Shown here: positions 11,016-23,704 of the stretch, one piece after another
How positions within the stretch are numbered: position 1 is the stretch's first letter
How the letters are laid out: every line of letters begins with the position of its first letter
Origin: Glaucostegus cemiculus
Taxonomy: Eukaryota
DNA: 64,000 nucleotides
Assembly (NCBI GenBank): GCA_976551045.1
Contig: CDPCPM010000146.1
Location: 1-64,000 of the forward strand
Direction of reading: 5' to 3'
Position numbers and translations under genes: made by a program
Notes under the pieces: model-generated
Database searches by the model: none
The model's input: only the letters and a program-made list of their open reading frames with translations
Told to the model about the DNA's origin: nothing

Positions 11016-12872
11016 TTATAACAATTGCCCTGTAAGTTAGTCTTTCAATTTGAGTTTTTCAACTTTTGACAACATAGATTGCAGTCAGCTTCAAAACTCT
11101 TTATTTGATTGTGCTACATTGATTTTTAAGTCAACACAACTTTTTCAAATTGCAATATTAGCTTCTAAATATACTCTAATTGAGGGGCAGCCAGGTTGTG
11201 TTAAAATTATTCTTCAGCCTATTTCATATTTTAATATTCACCAGATCAGTCCTGCAATGAGCCATTGGATATCCTCAGTGAGTGAGTTGCTTTTAAATAT
11301 TGAAGCTGGAGCATTACTCATTAAAGACATTTCAATTGCTTAGATCACATTGATCCTGAATGCAATTAGTGAGATATGTAACTGGAAAAATATCAAAGGA
11401 AAGATTTACTAGTTTTTGTGCTGCTAGCAAATTCCATTCTTCTAACTTGGGATTTTCTGTCCATTTGAAACAAAATTGAAAAGCCTCACCCATTAAACCT
11501 TTTCAGCATTATAGTCTCTAGGTAATCTCTGTGAGATTAAACCTTACTGTGACAATAAATGAAATATTTTGTCCATGGTTGTTTCTTATTATTTTTAATT
11601 TATTAGACTAAAATAGGCTTTAAAATGCTACACTGAAGATGGATTTTGCTTTTTTAAATGTAGTATATGTGTTGACTTTGAGAGATGTAAGTTCTTTGAA
11701 GGGACTGTGAATCTTTAATATCTGAACATTTTCATTGCAAACCCTGTTTAAAAAAAAGTAAGTGCGTCAATCAAAGAGATTGCACATTTCCCAATCCAAA
11801 GGGGTCAATTTAAATTAATAGTGCTTTGAACCAAAGGGCCCATGGATGTGTGAAACAGCTCAAACACAGACAGGTATCATCCTGCCTTTGTGTTCATAGT
11901 TTGTGAAGACTGTTGACACTATTCAATTACCTCTGTCTCGCTGACTGATCTTCAAAGGAGGTTCTGTTTTTCAAAGAGTCTTATGAGTGTAAAAATCCAT
12001 CGCCTGGTGTATTAGTTTGACCACAGAGTTGGAATGCGACTGCCTGAGTACATGCAAAGACAATTTTCTCTGAGGAATAAGCAGGTTATTTATTTCTGAG
12101 AGTATTTTTCATCTCCATATCTGTAAATGTTTGAAACATATCTGGCTGGTTTGTTTATTTAATTCTTCATGAATTACTTTATAAATTCTTTCCAAGCTGA
12201 TGTTTGTGAGACAGATTTTAATATTTCACTTTTACTGCCTTCTGCAGCAAATAACTACTATGAATAAAGCTGTTGTTTTTTAATTTGTTTTGGGTACTTC
12301 TGACGCTGATACCAATATAATAAATTTTGATCTTTTGCCTCTGTAAATAATTACATATTAATTTACTTTTTCAGTTTCATAGCTAGCAATGGTTTATGGA
12401 AGGACACTTTTTGCATTATTAATGATTAAGTAAATGCAATAATTCCTTTGTTTCTCTTTTTTGGTTTGCTATTAATACTCATGTACAATGAATATCTGTC
12501 ATATTCATGTTTTGTTTGTGTTAATTTGAACAGCAGGCATACATTTTACTCGAAGAGGGACTGCTGTTGAATACAGATAAATTCATGATATTTACATGTT
12601 CAGCTCCTGAAATTCCAGAAACTGAACTTAAAAAATGTTGTAGAAATTGCTTGGCTGAGCTAAATAGTTTTTTATTTTATAATGGGCTCTTGGGAAATGT
12701 CTCAAACTCAGCAGTGTACTTAAATATAGACATATACAAGGTCTGGGAAAAATAATCTTTAAAGACCACTGACATGTGGGAAAAAGAGATTTAGCTTATT
12801 TATATTTGCTTTCTAAGCTTTCACTCTTTTGTTCTGGATTATGGGGAGTACAACAGGATATTGGTTGGAAAT

Positions 12873-12990
12873 AGCCTGATGAAAGGTTAACCCAGTCTCC
12901 GTCTCCACAGATTCTGCGTGGCCCGGTGAGTATTTCCAGTATTTTCTGTTTTTATTTCAGATTTCCAGCATTTGCAGTTTTGTTCCTTTT
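12873..12990 (+). mobile_element. Penelope pLTR fragment
   Basis: CCTGATGAAAGG..CTCCACAGATTCTGC..GAGTATTTCCAG..TTTATTTCAGATTTCCAGCATTTGCAG, the same family as the 2940-3240 pLTR. Confidence 0.6.
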
Positions 12991-13574
12991 CAATACTGAT
13001 TAGGAGTTAGCATAAATATATCTGTTTCAGGAAGATTTGTGGAATTCTGAACGCTTACCAGACAAGCTGGAGTGCTTTTTGTTTACATTTAAAGATTGGT
13101 TTCTGTATGAAAGTAGAATTGTTACTCTCATCACAGTGTGCCTGTGCATAGGATTTGCATGTTTCTCCTCCAGTTTGCAGTCACCAGGAAAAGTTGCTGT
13201 TGCATTTATTGTCATTGTAAAACTCCCAGTTAAGGCTGTATTTTCTAGTTTTAATTGAGTGCTTTCTCAGTTACTTTGAATTCTCTTCAGCTCTGGGAGA
13301 GCAATTGAAAGAATCACCAGGAAAGTACATGAATGGGACATACCCCAGGGGATGCCTGACAGAGCTGGTTATTTTTCTAGTCTTGCACTATGGAATCAAA
13401 AATTACTGACTATCCTCTAGCCGGTCCTCTGATAAAGACAGGATACTGGTCAATGTTCTAGGTAAATTCCACTGAGAAAATTGGACCAGTCAGAAGAAGT
13501 GGTGTGTAGAACCATTTAATGTGATGTTTTCCACTTGTTCTTGCAGTGTTCCCTGTTAAGGTCATGTTACACGT

Positions 13575-13830
13575 GGGCGGCACCATAGCGTAGCGGTTAG
13601 CGCAACGCTGTTACAGCGCCTGCGATCGGGGTTCGATTCCCGTCGCTGACTGTAAGGAGTTTGTATGTTCTCCCGTGTCTACGTGGGTTTCCTCCGGGTG
13701 CTCCGGTTTCCTCCCACATTCTAAAGACGTACGGGTAGGTTAATTTGGGGGTTTAAAATGGGCGGTGCGGACTCGTTGGGCTGAAAGAGCCTGTCACCCC
13801 ACTGTAAAAAATAAATACATTTAAAATTTA
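13575..13830 (+). mobile_element. HE1-like V-SINE family A (CR1 tail)
   Basis: GGGCGGCAC head, GGTTCGATTCC B-box, V-domain, tail TTGGGCTGAAAGAGCCTG. Possible TSD TTACAC(G/T)TG. Confidence 0.9.
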
Positions 13831-14338
13831 CACTTGATGTTCCTGTTAGTTATAAGTTCCCCACTCATTTCTTTTTGTCTATGAATGTTATCTCTTGGAG
13901 TCACTTCGTGTAACGATTTACAATATTTAACAAAATATTCATGCTTTTTCCATCATTTACTTATGACAGCAGGATAAAGTACTGTGTGTAATCCAACCAT
14001 TTTGTTGCAAAAAAAATTGACAGAAAAAAACATTGTTTATTTAAAGTTATGCAGTAGCAACATCAAAATTATACATCTAACTGAGCAAATTTTTTATAAC
14101 CATTGTACTTTTAAAAGCACAAGTGTATCTTTTCATTGAAAGTGTGGAGATACCATTGTTTAACCACGCATTGTGAGACTTTTGCTGCTGCAGTCATTAG
14201 AATTACAATTTGAATTTGAGTGCCAACCAATTCGATAGTTTACTGCAGAGGCATAGTTCATTCAGACGTATTTCCAAGGCTGGGAAAAAAATTGGCTCTT
14301 GGAAGGCAAATCATTAGTAAATTAACTTTATGAACTAC

Positions 14339-14520
14339 CAAGTTCAAGTTTATTGTCATGGGCATAGATACTCAGGGTATAAATTCTATGAGAATGAGCG
14401 CTTTGCAGCAGCAGCACAGTACATTACAAAATACGACAAACATAAGTTACATAAACTTAAATTAACGTAAATTATGCACAGCTTACACGACAAAATAAAC
14501 AAAAAACTTTTAAAAACGAA
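14339..14520 (-). mobile_element. Rex1/Babar 3'UTR fragment
   Basis: Reverse strand TGCTGCTGCAAAG..CATGACAATAAACTTGAACTTG, like the 46800-46860 tail. Confidence 0.55.
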
Positions 14521-14724
14521 ACCGGTATAAATAGATTTTTGTAATGTACATGTGAATCTCTTTCTTTTCACTTATTTTTCCCCTATTTAATATGTGGAGT
14601 CTCTGTAAGGCAATATCATCCCTTAAGGAATGGAAGAGGGGACATCAAACTCCATGGATGGAAAATACTAAGAGATCGATTGGTCTCTTTAACAAACTTC
14701 CTGACATTTGAATCCAATGGTTAA

Positions 14725-15200
14725 AATCAAGCAAAGATTCACCAGACTGATTCCTGAGATGGCAGGACTGATGTATGAAGAACGATTGGGTCAATTAGGC
14801 TTATGTTGCTTAGAGTTTAGAATGAGAGAGGATCTCAAGGAAACCTTCTTCTCACAGGAATGGACAGGCTAGATGCAGAAAGGATGTTTCCAGTGGCAGG
14901 GGACACCAGAACCAGGGGTCACAATCTAAGGATAAGGGATAATCCATATTGGACGGTGGTGAAGAGAAATTTCTTCACTCAGAGACTGATAAACCTGTGG
15001 AGCTCTTTAGCACGAAGGGAATTGAAGCTAAATCATTACATTTAATCACGGAGTTAGATACAATACTTAGAGCTAAAGAGATATGGGTGGAAAGCAGGAA
15101 AGGGGTACTGAATTTGGATGAACATCCATAATCATATTGGATAGTGGAACAAGCTCAAAAGGCCAAATGTCCTATTCCTGCTCCTGTCTTCTACGTTTAA
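14725..15200 (+). mobile_element. Degenerate CR1 3' fragment
   Basis: RFTRLIP..YEERL..MDRLDAERMFPVAGDTRTRGHNLRIR..FFTQR. Confidence 0.85.
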
Positions 15201-18200
15201 GTGGCATAACAGTAGCACAAAAACTCACTGCCCAGTGTAAAACTAATAGATATAACACCCAGATATCCAACCTGTAACTAGTGGTAATCTAATAACCTAC
15301 TGATGTTTGCCCTGAAACCATTGCTCAAATCGCCCCTTCACTGCATAAACTGTAATCAAGCTCCCCGATCAATGCCTCTTTTTAACAAGCCAGGTGTCTC
15401 TTCCTGTCACCTTGGATGCTGATTTCGACTCCACTAACGGAGGACAGTGACATCCTTGAACCTGAGTGGTGGTTGAACTGTACTGGATGTCACGTGGCAT
15501 AATCTGATCCTAAACAGCATAATTCTAACCAGGGCCTAATTCTGCATCTGTGCCTGGGAGCAACTGGTTTTTGCAGAAGACCTGAAATCACCATAAATTT
15601 CTTAAGTGCTTGTTATATCCACTCCCTGGAAACTTTAAACAAGTATGGAAAGTTACAAAAATGTATGGAATTGTATTAGTAGCCAAGGAAAATAAACCAG
15701 CAACTGAACTATGAATAAGGCCCTATTAAGTTGTATTGATTTGGATTCTTTCTGTTGCTGAATATATGTTCAATTGCACAAGGTTACAAGATGCCATTAG
15801 CTGCAACATAGAGTTCCAACAAGGCAGTGCTGGTGTCAAATCAGCATTATATGCTGTTAGACATCACAATCTATTAGCGCTGCATGTAATTACCCTCTGG
15901 TGAAAGTTAATTATATGTGTGTTCACATCTTTATGAAGATGGTATCTGGTCATTTCAGCTAAGGAGTGTGCATTTGACATTGAGTTAATTCTGAAGCATG
16001 TGATTTCACCACTTGATTGCTCTTGTTGGTAATTCACTGATAAATATTGAAAAAGGCAGCAGAGGGGAATGGTTTTCTAGCACAAAGGGTTGAACGATAC
16101 TTTACCACAGGGATTAGTTCAAGGGAATATGGGAATTATAGTTCTGTTAAATTTTAGTATTGTGGTAGAATTTGCAATCCTAAACATATGTGTTCAAGCA
16201 CTTTACCGAAGCACATTTGATACTGCTTTCTTTCTACTACACCCTTTTGTGGATTTTGTATTGCATTTTGTGCTCACCTGTGCCTTAGTTTTGGGTGGTT
16301 GAAAGTCTGTTTTTTATCCATGGTTATATCTGTGACTTCTTCAGTGGAATTCTATAGTAGAGGCAACTATGTCAGCTTGGGAATTGAGTGGAAGAGCTTG
16401 AAATTGTTGTTTCCATCCACACATTTAGCACATTTTGCAGGCAAGAAAAAATGGTTAAAGAATAACTGCAAAAATGTGATCCAGAATGGTGCTGTATGTA
16501 AATTCTAGGAGACTTCAGCAAAGTTGTTTAAAAACTGTGGAGAAACAATTAAAATAGCTTGGAACTGGAAAGGAAAAGCTGCAGATAGTGTTACAGATGT
16601 AATAACACAAAACTGTCTGAACAGAGTACTTAAACCTTGCTCATTAAGCCCATAACAAGCACTTCACATATACTCTCATGCTGCTTGGAATGCAGAGGTG
16701 AAGTAAACATTATGATCGCAAATGGAAAGCTCCCAGGCTAGAAGCTGAGACATGTTTAAGAAATATAAAGATAAACTAGGCTGAGCACCAAATCTTTGGC
16801 AAACAGTGAGGATAATAAAATAGAAGCGAGTTTCAGAATTGCCTAATAGGAAATTAAATTAGACAAACAAATCCTCACAGAAAAGCAAAAGGATGAGAAA
16901 CCGATAGGCACCTGGAAAGGCACGTAAAAGCAATGATACACTGCAGGCAGCACAGCTGCACAATCTTCTAGTGTATGGACCCAGAATCTTTGTGTGCTCT
17001 GGCATTGGTCTCACAAGATCAACAAGCTAAAAGGACATTTTTCCACGTATTCCATCCTTCAGCGTGCAAAGAGAGTAGGTGGTTCCATTGGCAGAGGGTG
17101 GGTTGTGGGATGCAGAGCTGGGGATTTGTGATTACTGGGGCGGGCATGTTGAGGTAGATATCTGATGGGGACAGTCTCTGGGTAAAATGGGAGAGGTCGG
17201 TTGGAGTATCATTCATCCGGGACTGGGGACATGAAAGTTGATCAGGGTCATTGTGGAAGGATTAGATTCTGCTGCTGGGGATTGTTGGGATCGCTCTCTG
17301 GTTTCATGGGATCCTGATTAGGTTGAATGGATGGGAGTGTCATCTAGGGGGGGAAAGGTAACGCCATCTGAGGAAGAGCCACTGCATGGAATACATTTTT
17401 AACTTAAAGAGATCCTACCCGAGACAGGGTGCAAGACCAGATTTGACAGCTTGGGACCTGCCCCTGTCAGAACACCTTAATGAAGAAGTCAGCCTCAGTA
17501 TGTGTCTGGCAGTCTGCTTTTACATGAAGGCCTGAGCGATGTGTGTTCCCCAAAAAAATGTGAAATTCACAGAAAGCAAGGAATAGTTCACAGGTCATCA
17601 GATGCCTGATGCCTTCTTGTATTAGTTTTGGACTGATCACGTGCATTGTAAAGTGCACAATGTTCTACACTAGACATCTTCTCATTGAAATTCAATCACG
17701 TGGCTTATAAACATTAATAATTCTAGGCCAGAGGTTTACAACTAGTCTCCATAGTCTGCAAAGGGAGATGAAGTTGGAATTGTGAATGTGATAGTTTATG
17801 GTTAGATTTTCATTTAGATTCCTGGCCTTTATTTGTCACCCTTTCCAAATGCAATACAAGCTCTAGAATAGGATAATGGGATTTAAATAATAAGGATTGA
17901 ATTTCAATGCCTTTTGGGCAATGGGAGTGGTGGATTGGAATTTGGACAGGAAAAGGATGATTGAATTTGAACAATTTTGAACTTATGGAGGCCGGTGGAT
18001 GGAGGTGAGCTAGGCATATATTGGAGATATCAGCCTTGAAAGGAATGCCATGTAGACTTAACATCATCTAGACCCCAAAGTTTACATGAAGGGGAGGAAA
18101 GATTGCAGAAAGTGGAGTAGTGTTATTAGGTTTCAAACATTAAAGAGTTATTTGAATGACATTTTCAAGATTTCAAAGCCTCTTCACTATCAACAAGGCA

Positions 18201-18423
18201 CAGAAGAGATGAGGAGAGGTGAAAATCACTCCTCTCCTCAATAGGTTTGGTTTCAACAGGCCTCCTGAGTGACATTTTATCCACTAGACGAAACACCTAC
18301 ATTGCCAACATGGCTGTAGTGTGTGCTACACAGGATGCAATCCAGATAAACAACAGGCCCAGCATTCTTTGAAAATATATGCCAAGCCTGAAAGGTAAGG
18401 GCAGCAAATGTATGCAAACACAT

Positions 18424-18776
18424 CAGAATCAGGTTTATTATCACTGCCTTATATGACATGAAATTTGTTGTTTCATGGCATCAGTACAGCACAAAGGCAT
18501 AAAAAACTATAAACTACAAAATAAATAAATAGCCCAAAACAAAAGGAAGAATGGGGTCATGGACCATTCAGAAATCTGATGACGGAGGGGAAGAAGCTGT
18601 TCCTGTATTGTTTTGTGTGGGTCTTCAGGCTCCTGTACCTCCTCCCCAGTGGCAATAATGAGAAGAGGGCATGTACCAGATGGTGAGGATCCCTAATCAT
18701 GGATCCCACCTTCCTGAGGCACCGTTTTTTGAAGATATCCGTGATGGTGGGGAGTGCTGTGCCCGCGATGGAGCTT
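18424..18776 (-). mobile_element. Rex1/Babar 3' fragment (subfamily C)
   Basis: LPTITDIFKKRCLRK..DPHHL.HALFSLLPLGRRYRSLKTHT..FFPSVIRFLN; (CTGATT) tail. Confidence 0.88.
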
Positions 18777-19029
18777 GTTATCGCCTGGTTCTCCTGTGAG
18801 TCACACCCCACCTTGCTTGGCACATAAATTGTGGTTCCTTCATCACAAGATTAAGGTCTAGGAATTTCTACCCAAGTACATCAAGAGATGTGAAATAAAT
18901 GCCAGTTTTGCCAGTGGCAACTGCAATATAAAAATAGCATATATTAATTTTCTTAATTTTTCAATACATTTGGAAATATGGATGTTTGGAACCAGGTTAT
19001 GTTTGGATCTTAAATTTGTTCATTGGGTT

Positions 19030-20004
19030 ATCAGAATCAGTTTTATTGTCACTTCCATATACACATTCAGCATGCATGGGAGCGAAATACCGTACTCCAC
19101 AGATCAAGGTGCTCGTGACATTAAAACAATGAGAGATGCAAAGACAGAAAGACATTAATGACATTGGAACCACAAAAATTAAAAAAAGACTCGAGTAAAA
19201 CATTCTTAAAATGAATGTACTGATGCAGATTTAAAGTGCTGGAGCATTCTTGTATGCCTAGCATCCTTTGGTGTTGGTGGGAGGGATGGGTGGATGAGGG
19301 AGTTCACAGTTCTGATAGCTTGTGGGAAGAAGCTATTGTACAGTCTGGTAGTCCTTGCCCGGATGCACTGGAGCCTTCTTCCAGATAGCAAGAGTGCAAA
19401 GAGGTGGTAGGAGAGGTGAGAAGGGTCAGACGTTATGTTTGTGACCTTTCTGACACATCAGTCCATATATATATCTGCAGTAGAGGGTAGAGAGACACCT
19501 ATAATCTTCTCTGCAGCTCTCACTATCCTCTGCAGGGACTTCTGTCCAGCAGCTGAACAGCTCCCATACAGTGTGATGCAGTGTGTCAGGATACTCAATG
19601 GTTCCTCTATAGAACATTTTCATAATGGAAGGGTGGGAGTTCACTTTCCTCAATCTCCACAGGAAGTAGAGGCGTTTCTGGGCTTTCTTGGTGAGGGCCG
19701 TGGTGTTAATGGACCAGGTCAGGTCATCAGCGATGTGCACCCCCAGGAACTTGGTGCTTCTGACTTGTTCCACCGCAGACCCGTTGATGGTCAACAGGGC
19801 GTGCACACAGCGACCTTTCCTAAAGTCCGCTACCATCTCCTTGGTCTTTTCCACATTCAGGGAGAGGTTGTTGTTGCTGCACCACATGGCCAGTTGTTTC
19901 ACCTCCTCTCTGTAGTTTGTTTCATCGTTGTTCATGACGAGACCCACCACTGACGTGTTGCCAGCGAATTTAACAATGTGGTTGGAGCTGGATCTGGCCA
20001 CGCA
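19030..20004 (-). mobile_element. Rex1/Babar 5'-truncated copy (subfamily B)
   Basis: ORF 19426-20001 IVKFAGNTSVVG (decayed FADDT)..LNVEKTKEMVADFRK..KFLGVHI; ACAATAAAACTGATTCTGA tail. Confidence 0.92.
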
Positions 20005-20585
20005 ATGGTGAACAATTCTAGTGACTTAAAAATAAGACTATGAATTTCAGATCCTAGCCCCAGGTACATATCTGAACATGTGCCAGGAATGTAAGACCTG
20101 TATGAAAACTCCAACAGATAAGGTACAAGGATGTTCTAAGGTCAAGCAGCATAAAATCCAAAATAAAAGTGGAAAAGAATCTACAAATCCAACAGCTACT
20201 TTAATGGATCTGGTGATGACTGACAAACATTTTCTCACAGTCTCTGTGCAAGTTTAGCAATAAAAGTCAACAACATTGCTTGGCCTTCTAAGCTGTTGCA
20301 GGCAGCAGCACCTGCTGGAGGGGGTATTTCACAGCCCTCCCCACAATGATGAATTCCCAAATGTGTGATAAAATCCTCCTGGGGCCCCGCTGAAAACAAA
20401 CTGATTGAGCTGAATCTTCACGGGGATTGGTAGCAGGAGTCAGGACTCTCACCAGCAGATTCCCACTGCTCCTTTACCACAACCACATGTTGCTGCTCAT
20501 TCATAATCAGTAATTCAACCAGTGTACCCTCCTCAAACCGACTGGGAATGCATGAAATGAGTTTCATAGGCTGGAAGGTTCTGTT

Positions 20586-20981
20586 TTTCATGATTCTGAG
20601 TACTGGCCCTTGATTTGGTTCCTTAGATGCCTCGTTGTACAGCACATGGATTCCATGCTGGACTGATTGCACAATGACACACACCTGAGCCCCATCAGGG
20701 GCCTAGTATAAGTACCTGGGTTTCTCTCGCACTAGTTGCTAGAGGGTTGGTCAATCTTTAGCTCCTAGCAGCTTAGAGTGGTCTACTCTCGAGCAGGCCT
20801 GTGTTCTCTATTCCTGCTTGAAGATTCAGTTTGTGTTGGGATTACTACTCAGATCTCCGAGGCAAGATTTCCTTCTGGTTGCTGCCTGTGTTTGGTCCTG
20901 TGGAAGTATCCTGACTCCAGTCTTGTACCAGTGTGCCCCATTTGAGTTCTCTGATCTTGCTCTTCAATCAACATTGTGACA
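20586..20981. mobile_element. Solo LTR (Gypsy/BEL-like), copy 1
   Basis: T(T)TCATGA...TGTGACA termini, 5-bp TSD CTGTT/CTGTC, TATAAG box; homologous to 33460-33868. Confidence 0.8.
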
Positions 20982-22929
20982 CTGTCTTCTTATTTGGCAT
21001 CTGGAGCTGCACTTGGGGAAGTTTGCAGAGACAAAAAGTATGTTAGGGTTCAGTCTACAGGCTAGGTACCCATTCAACTGTTACCTACATGTAGTGTACT
21101 GTACCATGGTTTTATAATTCAGTATTTGCCTGGGTGATAGCAAGTGAATGAATAGCTGAGTGCAGAAGAGCAGGTGTGGTGAAATTGGTGCCCTCCCTTG
21201 GAAAGCGGTACAGTGTCTTCCCCCTTCTCTTCCTCTGTCTGTTCCACCACCAACTGCAAAGTTGCCTCCTCAATGGCATCAGAGGGCATATAGATCACTG
21301 TTCTTTTCAGATATTTACTTCAAATAGATTTATTACCAGGTCTGACTCCTGCTTGAACTCAACTCCAACGTTGGTCAGCCAGACAAGTGTGGAGTGAGGC
21401 TGTAGCTGAGGACCTGTGGGGATGGTCTCTAACAGTTAAGAAAGTCCCATGCACAGCATGGGGGTGTGGAGCTTGGGGATTATGGGTGGATGGAGTTGGT
21501 AGATTCAGTAAGGCATGCAAAAGAGGAGGACCTAGATTTTCTTTAGAAATCTGATCTGGGTAGGGGCAGGAGGCTCAGTATGCTAATAAGAAGCCATTCA
21601 ACCCTTCATATCTATTCTGTCTCTTAAAAGTGGTCATTTCTCTGCTTTTTCCCCAAACCATTTCAAAACTATTTCCTTTTTTAAGAACTAAAGTTATTCT
21701 TCTACCACTGCACAGCAGTGTGCTTCCTGGAAGTAAATGGCCACAATGGGACCCAAAACATCACACTCAAGCTAGTTTTTATTTACATTTTTGAATAAAA
21801 ATAGTACAAAGTACTATGTGCCAATCATTCTGCATGGACTGAATTATAGAGAGGAAGTTGTTGACCATGTTCCTTGCCATGTGAAGGAGAAATTTGATGG
21901 TGTGTTGTGTACACACTTTTACAACCAATACATTTAATAGCATTTTAGTTTTTTTCCAAGGTTGGTCACATTGAATTCACATTTTGCAATTTTATGAGTT
22001 AGTACTCCCACTGAGGAGGCTTGCTTAACTGCAGGAGGGTTGATGGTAAGTCACCCTCGGGGTTTGTTGCAATGGGATTGCAGCTGTTCCTGTTTTCTGG
22101 TAATTAATCTTAATCAGTGAGGAATTGAGAGCGACACGAATCAGATTTTCAGAGCTCCACAAGCAATTGTCCAACCTGCAGTTCTGTTGAGCAACACTCC
22201 CCTATGGGTACACTAGGTCATAAAGTGCAGAATTACACTAATTTGTACTTTCTTCAAAAATTAACCGTAAGTAGCTAATGTCTTGAGTTTCCGCTGACTA
22301 CAGGGTACCTTTCACCATGAAGGTGGATATTGGGAAGCCCAGGGCAGTAGATTATGATTATCTAATGTGTCTGAACAATAAGGACAATGTAGAAAGAATT
22401 GAACCTTTAATAAGAGGGGACACAAAATGGTGATTAAAAGGAGGAGAAGGAGGGTGCATGAGGGAAGGTCATTATCAAATTATAAATGGTGGAATGATAT
22501 CATCCTTTGGCATCAGATATTAAAGAGGAGGGAATTTGTTGGATGTGAATTCTGAAGAGGTTGAGCACAATATGGTAATGGATGGAAAGAAAATTTGGGA
22601 TGTTGGTTGAAAGGAAACTAAATGCCAGGGTGTTGTAGAGTCTAACCTAGCATTACAAGGAAGGCAAACGCTGTGCTCCTGTGAATTATGGCTCAGACCT
22701 GTTCTGGTGCAAAACATGCATTTAAGCCCTTAGCAAGGTGGGTGAGTGTTCATGGCTCTTCGACACTAGGTATGCATACTGGTGAAGGGACATATTCACC
22801 TCATGCTAGGAAAAGGTGGCAGACCTGATGCATATACAAATTGGGGCATGCCAGCAGCCATTGTAATTAAAAAGGGAGAAAGAGTTCATCTAATTACGCT
22901 GAACATCTTAACATCTGTGAGTTAGGGGT

Positions 22930-23225
22930 AGTTTTGTCTTCACGTAACTGATGTCTGTGTGGAATTTGCACCTTCGGTCTGCGGCCATGTGGGTTTTTGC
23001 TGAGTGAACTGGTTTCTTCCCACAACCCAGCGACATGTTGGTAGGTTACTCCACTACCTTAATATAGGCAAGCGGCAAAAGAATTAAAGGGGAGTTGATG
23101 TACATGTGAGCAAGAATAAATCACGTGGCTATAGGGAAGATATGGATGAGAGAATGGAACTGATGGGATTATTCTTCTGAGAGCATGAACCTTATGGGCT
23201 GATGGCCTCGTCTATATCACAGCAA
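22930..23225 (+). mobile_element. Old diverged V-SINE
   Basis: GTGGAATTTGCAC..GTGGGTTTT..CTGGTTTCTTCCCAC V-domain remnant and a CR1-like end. Confidence 0.6.
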
Positions 23226-23704
23226 GTAACATAGTGAATGTAGGCATGTAAAATTGCCAGTATCGATTCAGCCACCCTTTATACTGCTGTCCTAATGTGG
23301 AAACGGAAATTGGGAGATGAGTGTAACAGCCTGTTGTATTGATAGTGCCTGTTTTATATAAATTAAGACACTGGAAATTAGAGTATTTTATTAATGAATA
23401 AAATGATCACATTCCTAGATTAAGAGAAAATAGATGTATGGTAGACTGAGATTTCATAGATTTCCTTTAAAGTACATAAATGGGAATGCACTTCATGACA
23501 TTAGGAAATTCTTTCACAAGGTGGTTGACTATTTGTGTTGGTAGATTAAGAGGTATGGAATTAGGGGTAACAGGACAAACTGGATTAGAAGGATAGAAAA
23601 TAGTAGGAGTTAGGGACAGTTTTTCAGTGAATTTAAACAGGGTCCAGTTTAGTAGCCACTTGTATTTACCATGTCCAAAAATTTATTGAAGGTAGATCCA
23701 TGCA

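Noticed and set aside
13575-13650. tRNA-like sequence with A/B boxes (also at 58862, 60552, 30105)
   Set aside because: These are SINE heads continuing into the V-domain, with no proper acceptor stem.
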